Of a stretch of 64,000 nucleotides of DNA, positions 1 to 10,749 are shown in pieces; position 1 is the stretch's first letter, and every line of letters starts with the position of its first letter. The translations under genes were made by a program, and so were the position numbers. Source of the stretch: the human T2T-CHM13v2.0 reference genome, Homo sapiens. The stretch is from assembly GCF_009914755.1 (NCBI RefSeq), contig NC_060928.1; one strand, 5' to 3'. Under the pieces are notes generated by a model, which was not told the DNA's origin, made no database searches, and worked only from the letters and a program-made list of their open reading frames with translations.

Positions 1-49
1 TAAAAATAATTTTAGTTAATTTCTTTGATTTTTCTAAGTAATAATTTGG

Positions 50-440
50 TGATATAGTTTGGCTGTGTCCCTAACCAAAATATCTTGCATCGTAATCCCC
101 TTAATCCCCATAATCTCCACGTGTGAAGGGGTCAAGGGAGAGACCAGGTGGAGGTAATTGAATCATGGGGGCATTTCCTCTAGGCTGTTTTCAGGATAGT
201 GAGTGAGTTTTCAGGAGACGTGATGGTTTTATAAGGGTTTGGTAGTTCCTCCTGCGTTCATTCTCCCTCCTGCAGACTCTTGAAGAAAGTGCTTTGCTTT
301 CCCTTCGACTTCTGCCATGATTGTGAATGTCCTGAGGTCTCCCCAGCAGTGCAGAACTGTGAGTCAATTAAACCTCTTTCCCTTCGAAATTATCCAGTCT
401 TAGGCAGTTCTTTATAGCAGTGTGAAAACAGACCAATACA
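50..440 (+). mobile_element. MaLR solo LTR (MST/THE1-type)
   Basis: Starts TGATATAGTTTGGCTGTGTCC, ends TTTATAGCAGTGTGAAAACAGACCAATACA; imperfect 5-bp TSD TTTGG/TTTAG. Confidence 0.9.
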
Positions 441-746
441 TTTAGTTTTTCCTTTCTAAACCTGAAATATATTTTTGTCTTACTCCATTATCACTTTCAG
501 AAATATTAAATCAAACCGTCAGCATTCTTTTAGTATTCCTTAATGATATAGCCATTAATTTTTTCCACATACAGTTTGATTGTTGTTTTTACATAAATAT
601 CCTTTATTGTGTTAACAAAATATTCTATCCTTCATTGAATTGTGCTTTTTCTAAAGTTATAAATGAATATTAACTTTTTTATAATCCCATTTTGGTATTT
701 ATTGTTTTATTCATGTGTGTGTTCTTATTTATTCTGTAAAAACTTA

Positions 747-810
747 CTAGGTTGGCACAAAAGTAATTGTGGCAATGGCAAAAACTGCAATTACTTTGCA
801 CCAACAGAAT
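747..810. mobile_element. MADE1 (Hsmar1-derived MITE), internally deleted
   Basis: TAGGTTGGCACAAAAGTAATTG...GCAATTACTTTGCACCAAC inverted termini typical of MADE1. Confidence 0.85.
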
Positions 811-3143
811 ACATTCCTAATTGATGCCATTTTCCAGTAATATTTGTTTCTCTATTTCTTTTATAGTTAACCTTTCTAGATTACTTTGTTAAGGTACATG
901 GATATTGCTATTTTTATTGCATGGATTTTTAAGATATTAGTAGGGAGCTTAAATTTTTTAGTAAATTCTTAGCTTACCACCTTGAGCTTTGCATTGCTTT
1001 CTCAGAAATAAAACTTTAAAATTACCTTACAGGGTTTTCTTTTCTTTTGGTTCTCTCAGCCCCAATGTATCTCTTGAATTTTATGATATGAATAGTCCCT
1101 TGTCGATTTTCCAGTGTCAGCCTCTTGTATCTTATTTATAACTCATTTTATCATTATCAGAATTCTGGAACCATTGAGAATATTACTTGTGTTTAAGTTT
1201 TGGGCATAAAGTCTTCTTTTATCTATTTCTAAATATTTGCCTTAAAACCTTTATAAGAATATTAAAAATGTATATACATTTTGAAAGAAGTTAAAAATTA
1301 TGGATTTAAGAAGTAGTCATAGAAAACTTGAGAAATGTAATAATTATATATTTCATAGGAAAGTGGAAAATGGCAGATGATGATATTCATCTAATATCAA
1401 CATTCTGATAAATATACTCAAATTTGCATTGACTTTCAGGATAACAGGTCGACAAAAATATCTACATTATTTATACCATCTGTAGTTCTATAGCACGTTT
1501 TTCATATTCTCCTTAGTTCTATCTATAACATTATAAAGGTATTATCAGGAAATAAAACTGTTATTATGTTTTATAAATATCATTCCTTTCTAGTAAAGAC
1601 ATATCCTAGTACTCTCTTATCCGAAAGGGATTATTTTCATTGAAGATAAATTATGGCTGGATTAAAGATTTTTAAAACTATGTTATAGCTGATTTGCTAC
1701 CATTTCTTACATGGAGGAGCCACCTGCTTGAGGGAGGACATGGTGAATAATAGCAGAAAATTAGAGAATATTGCAGTTTTGTTTAAAAACTTAATTTTCT
1801 TTTTCCTTCTAAATAGAAGGAATGACTACTGAGCAACTATATAGTATTTTCTATGTTGTTATTCTTTCAAAATGGATTAGTCGTCAGAGAAATGTAAAAG
1901 ATATTCATCAGACTTAGGTACATATTTCTACTAGACATGTTCCTGCTAGATGAAGACATAGTTAACTATCCGTTGATGAACAGAAATGGTAAGCAAATAA
2001 ATAAAAGGAAATTCTGTCCCTCATTAGTTGTGAGAAATGTTCATGTTGCTCTGCTCAGAAGCAATGGACAGCTCTGGAGTGTGACAACTGTACAACAGAA
2101 CACATATTTAATGATTCATTCTCCTTTAGCTTATGGTATCTTCTGTCTCTAGGCTCTCTCTATTCTCTATGAACTGCTCAAATGAGAAAATAGGCAAGAC
2201 AGAGGAGACAGAGAAAACACATGGGTCAGAAACTGCTTTGTTCTATATGTATTTTACCTTTCAATAAGAAAATAGGAAATCCAGACTTCTTTAAGTAGAT
2301 ACATCCATTTTCTTTTTCATTATTTTCTTTCCACTTTTTTTCTTTTGCATGTTGTGCTGGTGGTTTTCTATGACGTGTAGGATTTAGGGCTGAACTGAGA
2401 AATGTACAGGCAGTGAGAACAGTACAAGACAACCAAGCATTTCTGAGGAGGCTTTTGAACAACTTGGCATATTACGGAAGATACAGGCTGGTAGGTGAGC
2501 ATTACATATATGCCTGTATTTTGTGAAATTGCAACATAGCAGTATACTTCAATCATTCAAAATCTCATATCCTAAGTGCCAGTGTACCCTTATAAGCTCT
2601 GAGATGTGGGGACAGACATTGGAAAAGAACTTGAGTATCTGCTCTGGGTTCAGGGGATTGTACATTTTTTCACTGATAGATTCTTCAGTCAATGTGCTTT
2701 ACATATAGCACACTTAGATTTTATTTTACCACTTGAGAAAGTAGAAAGACAGTTTATAATTTTCCCACATTATCAGTGGACTCAGAAATTTAACATTTAA
2801 GCCAAGGAAAAAGTATTAGCCTTTCTCTTCTCTTTTGTTTTGATCTGTACATCATTCAGGTGCTTTCTGCATTTACCCCTCAGTTTTTCCTATCTTCCTT
2901 ATTGCTAATAACACTGATACCACAATCTGGATTTAGCAACTTTCAGAAAACAATTAGATAGGAAATAGTCAGGACTTATGGTAGTAGGTTATGTTCCCAG
3001 AAAAATCAATGAAAATAAGTCTATGCTTATATTTACCTTGGGAATCATTTAAACAACAAAGATAAAGAAAAAATACCATAAAATAGCTAGGTAAACAAAA
3101 AACAGAGAGAAAGTTACCTACAGAGGAATAAAACTGAAGCTAA

Positions 3144-3145
<2 letters not shown>

Positions 3146-3176
<31 letters not shown>
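3146..3176. repeat. (TG)n microsatellite
   Basis: Direct inspection. Confidence 0.97.
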
Positions 3177-3180
<4 letters not shown>

Positions 3181-3609
3181 TTTTTTGTTTTGTTTTGTTT
3201 TCTGCAAGCAAAAGACAGTTGTGGCAGAGAATTTACTGCTCAACAAATATCTGTGTTCTGTACAGTATCCAGCCCCTTCTAGTTAGGAACAGGCACATAA
3301 TTAGTACTGGTCAGTGGGCTCTGAGTGGCAGTGACCAACGTCATTTCTGAGTTGAATATTTTACAAGCTTCACTTCGTCTCTCAAAGAGCCCAGTGGGCC
3401 CACAGACCAAACCTGTGGATATCTTCTCAGATCCTGAATGCAGAGTTGGAATACTCTAACCCATTGAAAACTCCCTACATTTCCCCCCTGTTATGTGGAG
3501 TGAGAGCTGTTATGATAAGAAGGTGAGACAAGGGAAACCCTTGCAACTGCCTGTAGCCTCCACCACAGTAAAACCAAAAAGTTATCATATCCCTTGGTAT
3601 CCTATCTAT

Positions 3610-3790
3610 GGCTTCTTTACAAGTCAGTCTATACGTAGAAAGGGCAAGAGCAAAAGCTTCAAGCTTCCTGAGGCTTAGATTTAGAAGTCTCACAGTATCA
3701 CTTCTACTGCATTCTGTTGCTCAAAGCAAGTTACAGTCAAATTCAAGGATAGATAAGTATGAGCCTCTTTGCGTGAAGAATGGCAAAACG
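3610..3790 (-). mobile_element. Old MLT1-type MaLR LTR fragment
   Basis: Motif CACAGTATCACTTCTACTGCATTCTGTTGCTCAAAGCAAGTTACAG resembles antisense MLT1J/K. Confidence 0.5.
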
Positions 3791-3829
3791 AAGTGACATA
3801 GAGGGATGTGAGGAATGACTACATCCATG

Positions 3830-6686
3830 TGTGCAAAAAATCTGCTGGAGCATAGGCAGCAGCACGGATGACAAGAAGTGGATATTTTTCCCTTGACATG
3901 AATACAAGTGCACCTTCACTGATTTACCTCGATTGTCTTTCCAAATCTCTTTAATCATACAGTCTAGTGGCATGTTGATTATCTTTCAGAACATGCTCCA
4001 TTATATTGATAACATCATGCAGATTGGATCTGTTGAGAAATATCTAGTGCACTAGATGCTTTAGTTGTATACATATGTGCTAGAGTTTGAGATAAAACCT
4101 ATAAAAACGTGGAGGTCTGCCAGCTGAGTCAATTTTGGAAGTCCAAAGATTTTAGGTATGTTTCGATATTTCCTCCATAGTGGAAGTAAGAAGTGCTTTC
4201 CACTGCCTACCATTAAGATAGTGGTACAATGCTTGGCAGGATTGTCTGGAGGTTTTTGGGAATGATGCTCTGATCCATTTATTGAGCAACCCTATTGCTG
4301 CATGTTTTGAGTGGGAATAAAGTAAAAGAAGGCTGTGCAACAGGGTCAGGCTCTTGCAAGCTGCTCTCTGTCATTCCCTGTATTCAGTGGTGCTCTAAGT
4401 ATCAATGGTAAATAAGGATGTTATATGGGAACTCTGGCAAACTACACTAAAAGATGCCTGGCACAAATCTTATAGTTGGGGGAAAATCTTCTGCTGATAA
4501 TTATTTTATTTTGTGAAGAAACTCCTGACTTGCTATTGAGACTTCATAGAGGCTGAGTGCTAGACCATGGGACATTAAAGTACTGTGTAATCTGAGATGC
4601 CCATTATACATGTTGTCAGATTCATCCAGAACATTGTGCAGGATTAATCAGTCTGTAATAAAAGTATTATGGTCTAGATTAGGCTCAAGCAGGTATGGAA
4701 GGAACAGGAAAACTGCATGGACAGGCTGCTCAGGCCCTCATGATGCCTACTTGTGCTTAATTGTCATTATTCCTTCTACCCACACCTACGGAAAAATTAT
4801 TGTGAATAGCTCACATAAGCTGAAAAAAATAATACCTCAGGCTTTGTTTGTGGAGTACTCTGCAGTATAAGCTTGCACCAGCTGGAAATGATCCACTGCC
4901 CCACTGCCATATTACATGGCCACTCAGAGGTGGCCTTCTAGTAAAGGAAGAAAACAAAGTATACATATATATGTATATAAAACTATGAATGTGTGTGTGT
5001 GTATATATGTGTGTGTCTCTGTGTGTATATACACACAGACACACACATATGTGTATATATAGACACATATATATACACATATATACATATGTGTATATAT
5101 AGACACATATATACACATATATACATATGTGTATATATAGACACATATATACACATATATACATATGTGTATATATAGACACATATATACACATATATAC
5201 ATATGTGTATATATAGACACATATATATACACATATATACATATGTGTATACATAGACACATATATATACACATATATACATATGTGTATACATAGACAC
5301 ATATATATACACATATATACATATGTGTATACATATATACATATATACACACATATACATATGTGTATACATATATACATATATATACATATGTGTATAC
5401 ATATATACATATATATACATATGTGTATACATATATACATATATATACACATATATACATATGTGTATACATATATACATATATACATATATATACATAT
5501 ATATACACATAGTTTTCCACTTTGCCTGACAGGAGGCATGGCTCAAGGATTTTACTCATGGACAGTAACTAATGTCTTGGCTTGTGGATCAGGACCTTGG
5601 AAAAAACAGGATTGGATGATTAATGGCAAGGGAGTCTGGAAAAGAAGCATATGGATGAATCTCTTGCATGAGTACAGAGTGGGATGATATCATGTCCATA
5701 TAATTTCTCATAAAATTATAGGCATTACAGAGGAGGCTTTTAAAAATCAGGTGAAACTAGCTGGCCCAACTTATGTCAGCTATTCTGTTTCTCCAGGCAC
5801 CTTAGAACTATGTATAAAGGACCTCACAGTGGCAGGGATGGAAACTTGCATGGATTTAACAAGATGGTTTTTCACTCATCGAGGTTAATATGGTGATGGT
5901 CCCTGCTTGCTGCCCAATTTGCCAATAGTAGAAGCTAATTCTGGGGACCTATGGCTTCATTTCCCAGGGAGACCAGCTGATCTTTTAGTGGTAGGCCAAC
6001 TACATTGCCTCTCCTCCATCAGAGAGGAGGCAATTATTTGTCCTCCTTGGATCAGATACTTGTTCTGGGTTTGCATTCTTTCCTTAACTTGCCATAATAC
6101 TACTGCAAACAACCACAATTGAGGACTTAGAGAAAGTTTATTCACCATGATGGCATTCCACACTTTGCTTCTGACCAAGGAATTGATTTTACCACAAGAC
6201 TTATATAGCAGTGGTGAGCTCTTTATTCCCATGGTGGAATGTTTCTGGCAGAAGAAAAAATAGTGGCCCCATCAGTAGAAGTTCAGACCACCACCTCAGT
6301 ATCTGAGGCCCTTCAAGCCACAGAATTAACAGATAGAGGAGGAACTTGGATAATTGATCCCAATTATAAAGAAGACCTTGGATTAATTTTACAAATGGGA
6401 GCAGTTGGAATTATGTCTGCAACCTAGGACTTTACTTGTACACCTCTTAGTAATCTTATTCTGATAGTAACTGTCAGTGGAGTAAATCAAAAAAGGCAGG
6501 GCCACTAAGCACACAGCCACATCTGGAATTAAGATGTAATATTATCCCACCAGGTAAAAAACACCAACCAACTAAGGCACTGCTGAGGGCAAGGGAAACA
6601 GTGTCAGGTGGTAGAAGAAGTTTGTAAATGTGGCCCTGGATCGAGACAAAAACTCACAAATTATAGCAGCTATGTATATATTAATC
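3830..6686 (+). pseudogene. Decayed ERV-L internal region (pol RT, RNase H, integrase, dUTPase), interrupted by a VNTR at 4960-5510
   Basis: CAT TAT ATT GAT AAC ATC ATG (HYIDNIM, ERV-L YIDD motif) at 3999; SWTVTNVLACGSGPWKKQDWMINGKGVW (RNase H) in ORF 5283..5687; CPICQ...GDQ integrase segment near 5910-6010; IIDPNYKEDLGLIL (dUTPase-like) in ORF 6239..6427. Confidence 0.85.
4960..5510. repeat. Complex TA/CA/TG VNTR, 38-40 bp higher-order unit
   Basis: AGACAC landmark recurs at 5061, 5101, 5139, 5177, 5215, 5255 and 5295. Confidence 0.95.
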
Positions 6687-7716
6687 AAGTAATGAAGAGC
6701 CCAATGTTAATCCCCAAGACAATGGGGAAGATGTCTCCAGGACATGTCAGAGGTCTTCATGGCAGCCTCTTCCATCACAATCCCGGAGGCCTACGAGGAA
6801 AAAGTGGTTTCATGGTCTGGGCCCAGGGTCCCTGTGCTGTGTGCAGCCTAGGGACTTGGTGCCCTGCACCCCAGCCACTCCAGCTGTGGCTGAAAGAGGC
6901 TAACATAGAGCTTGAGCTGTAGCTTCAGAGGGTGCAAGCCTCAAGCCTTAGCAGCTTCCACATGGTGTTGAGCCTGGGGTACACAGAAGTCAAGAATTAG
7001 AGTTTGAGCACCTCTGCCTAGATTTCAGACAATGTATAGAAATGCCTGGATGTCCAGGCAGAAATTTGCTGCAGGGGTGGGGCTCTCACAGAGAACCTCT
7101 GCTAGGGCAGTGCAGAAGGGAAATGTGGGATCAGAGCCCCCACACAGAGTCCCTACTGGGGCACTGCCTAGTGGAGCTGTGAGAAGAGGGCCACCATCCT
7201 CCAGATCCCAGAATCCACTGACAGCTTGAACCATGTGCCCAGAAAAGCCACAGACACTCAATGCAGCCTGTGAAGGCAGCCAGGAGGGAGGGTGTACCCT
7301 GCAAAGTCACAGGGGCAGAGCTGCCCAAAACCATGGGAACCTACCTCTTGCATCAGCATGACCTGGATATGAGAAATGGAGTAAAAGAAAATCATTTTGC
7401 AACTTTAAGATTTGACTGCCCTGTTGGATTTTGGACTTGCATGAGGCCTGTAGTCCCTTTGTTTTGGCAAATTTCTTCCATTTGGAATGGCTGTATTTAT
7501 CCAATGCCTTTACCCTTATTGTATCTAGGAAGTAACTAACTTGCTTTTGATTTTACATGCTCATAGGCAAAAGTGCCTTGTCTCAGATGAGACTTTGGAC
7601 TCTGGACTCTTGAGTTAGTGCTGAAATGAGTTAAGGCTTTGGGGGACTGTTGGGAAGGCATGATTGGTTTTGAAATGTAAAAAGGACGTGAGATTTGGGA
7701 GGGGCCAGGGGTGGAA
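6687..7716 (+). mobile_element. THE1 internal region, 3' part
   Basis: AAGTAATGAAGAGCCCAATGTTAATCCCCAAGACAATGG through to polypurine tract GGGAGGGGCCAGGGGTGGAA abutting the LTR. Confidence 0.92.
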
Positions 7717-8071
7717 TGATATGATTTGGCTGTGTCCCCACCCAAATCTCATCTTGAATTCCCACATGTTGTGGGAGGGACATGGTGGGAGGTAATTGAA
7801 TCAAGGGGGCAAGTCTTTCCCATGCTATTCACATGACAGTGAATAAGTCTCATGAGATCTGATGGTTTTATGAAGAGGAGTTCTCCTGCACAAGTTCCCT
7901 CTCTTTGCCTGCTGCCATCCATTTAAGACGTGACTTGCTCCTCCTTGCCTTCTGCCATGATTGCAAGGCCTCCCCAGCCAATGGAAATGTAAATTCATTA
8001 AACTTCTTTCTTTTATAAATTGCCCAGTGTCAGGTATGTCTTTATCAGCAGTGTGAGAACAGGATAATACA
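7717..8071 (+). mobile_element. THE1 (THE1B-like) LTR
   Basis: TGATATGATTTGGCTGTGTCCCCACCCAAATCTC...GATAATACA, 355 bp. Confidence 0.95.
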
Positions 8072-8609
8072 GTAAATTGGTACCAGTAGAGTGGGGTGTT
8101 GCTGAAAAGATACCTGAAAATATGGAAGCAACTTTGGAACTGGGTAACAGGAAGAGGTTGGAAGAGTTTGGTCAGCTCAGAAGAAGATAAAAAAATCTGG
8201 GAAAGTTTGGAACTTCCTAGAGACTTGTTGAATGGCTTTGACAAAAATGCTGATAGTGATATGACCAGTAAGGTCCAGGCTGAGGTGGCCTCAGATGGAG
8301 ATGAGGAACTCGTTGGGAAGTGGTGCAAAGGGGACTCTTGTTATGTTTTAGCAAAGAGACTGGTGGCATTTTGCCCCTGCCCTAGAGATCTGTGGAACTT
8401 CGAACTTGAGAGATACGATTTAGGGTAGGTGGTGGAAGAAATTTCTAAGCAGCAAAGCATTCACAACATGACTTGGGTGCTGTTGAAGGCATTCAGTTTT
8501 ATAAAGAGACCAGAGCACAAAAGTTTGCAAAATTTGCAGCCTGACATGTGATAGAAAAGAAAATCCCATTTTCTGAGGAGAAATTCAATCTGGCTGCAGA
8601 AATTTGTAT
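8072..8609 (+). mobile_element. THE1 internal region, 5' part
   Basis: GTAAATTGGTACCAGTAGAGTGGGG start of THE1-int directly after the LTR; ends GGCTGCAGAAATTTGTAT. Confidence 0.92.
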
Positions 8610-8914
8610 TATAAACTAATACAGTCCCCATTCTTCTTCCACTATTATTTTGTATGAGATGTGATGGTGACACCTAACTTAATTTGTAAGCCATAGTCCA
8701 AGAAACCATATTTGACCTGAATGGTAAGGACTGGTTTCTTGAAGATCCTAAACTTGATCCTGATTCAGTGACTGATGGTTTTGGTGTCTCCCCTTGTTGG
8801 GAAGAGTGTGGGATTATCTACATTTGTGTAATGGATAAGTGCCTGTCAGATTGAAACATGTAGTTATTAATATGAGTAGAATGATGAGAACAGACACTAA
8901 GTAATTGAAGGAAG

Positions 8915-9356
8915 TGGACCTCAGATCAATTCCTTGACTTCTCCTTGCTCTACCATATATCATGTGGCTCTAACCCTTGCCAGCCCCTCTTGTCATGACT
9001 TTTGGCTGAGGTTTAGCCAGTGATAGGCCCTCGTGGGAGATTTAAGAAATGAAGGAAGGTAGCTTCCTCTGAAGTATGTTCAGCAGTGGCTGTAAGTCCC
9101 TGATGGTTTCAGCTCTCTCAGGACAGACCTACCATGATTACCACTGGGTGATTTAGGCAAGTATCACTGTCTCCTCTTGTCCCTAGAGACAGCAGTGGCT
9201 CCTTGCTTTCTCTAATTTCTGGGTTACCTCGTTGTCTTTTGCTTGGCTTCTCAGCTACCCTTCACCTGTGCAGCCAAGTCCCTGCATTAAATTCTCTGCA
9301 TCTTGAGGCAAAATAGTTTCTACTTTTCTGTATTTTTTGGATCCTGACTGATAAAC
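8915..9356 (+). mobile_element. ERV-L LTR (LTR33-like), probable 3' LTR of the ERV-L relic
   Basis: GGTTTAGCCAGTG...GGGAGAT motif, CCCTGCATTAAATTC poly(A) region, ends CCTGACTGATAAA; preceded by purine run GAAGGAAG. Confidence 0.7.
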
Positions 9357-10749
9357 TAGTTAAATATATAAAAATCAAATCATTAGAAATCTGTTTCACA
9401 AATGAATATAATAAAAAACTGTTCTCAAAATAAAACAGACATTACATAAAGAAAACACGAAATAACAATTACCTGGATTTAGAACCCCAGATTAGTCTAA
9501 CACAGATCAAGAGGAGTTTAGTGGAGAAACTGTTTGGGAACACATGTGGTCAGACAAGAATTTAATACATTTGAAGGAAGGAGGACACATATAAATGATG
9601 CCATTTCATTCTTGGCTCTGACTTTAATTAAACCATGATTAATTTAATATGGTCTTTCAAAGCCTTAAAAGTTAACAAATAGGGAATGAAAATGAGATAT
9701 ATACCTTACAAAAACAGAACACAGAGGAAAAAACATATTTGTAAACAAGGAAATTGGCAACAAAAATACCATCAAGGAAGCATTACTAAACATGTATAAA
9801 ATAATATATGTAAGTAAGGCAAGATAAATCACTTATTTTAAAAAATAAATGAATTAAACTGGTACGTGAAAGAAAATAAAACCCACGATTTGAGCCAAAA
9901 ACAAATATTTTGAGGCACACATACTTATCAAGTAAGTTCAAATAAAAATAACTAGAGGACATAGTCATCAGAGCAAAAATTTTGTATGAAAAGCAGTTAC
10001 TCATTCTTAGCACTCACAATGCAAATTGCATCTAATGCTCCTTCTCTCAGTACAATTTCTCTGCCTTCAATTCTGCCTGCTGTTTCCTAGTATTCAATAC
10101 ATCTACCTTGCCCTCTCCAGATAATAATCCTTTAATCTTGAGTGGAGGCCCTGGTGGGAAATAAACATCATGGAGGAGGGAGGAGCCAGGGCATTTATGG
10201 GGTATGGGAGCAGTTGCTTAGATGCACAGAGTGAGAGAAGATTATCCAGTCTGTTATTTCTGGATTTTGAGCATTCCTCCATCCCTAATCCCACCTTCAG
10301 CCTCACCTCCCAAGCTGACTTCTGCTCCCATTTCTGAGCCTTTCCGGCTTTGCAGCATGACATGAAGAGTGGTGATTTTTTGCCCTCCCTCTGCTTATTC
10401 AGGACTCAGTGTGCTCAGAGTCACTGGGTCAGTGACTGCTACTTATGGCTTTCCAGCTCCCAAAATGCTGTGGCTTGTCCCCTTCCTGGATCCTGTTTCC
10501 TTTGTGAGTTGCACTTTTTCTCTCTTCTTTTTAATCACTTTTGTTTACCTTTAGGAGGGTGAGGTGGGAAGTGGGAGGGGAATTCGATGGTCATTTGTGA
10601 GTTCAACTGGCCATCTTTAACTAGAAGAACTCTGTTTTTCTCTTGAGTTGTTTCTTCTGTATGTTTTTGACTTTTAAATATTCTCCATAGATTCTGAATA
10701 CTGATCTTTTGTATAGCCTATATGAAAAGCTAGAATTCAGGAGTTCTAT

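Noticed and set aside
5037-5320. Regularly spaced ~38-bp repeats superficially like a CRISPR array
   Set aside because: No unique spacers, low complexity and primate context; it is a VNTR.
4811-5687. Several long overlapping ORFs (up to 242 aa) rich in Y, I, C, M, H
   Set aside because: Translation of the TA/CA/TG VNTR, which lacks stop codons; only the tail of 5283..5687 is meaningful (ERV-L RNase H remnant).
6608-8428. ORFs of 92-167 aa in the THE1 element
   Set aside because: Fragments of the degenerate MaLR internal ORF or its antisense; not host genes.
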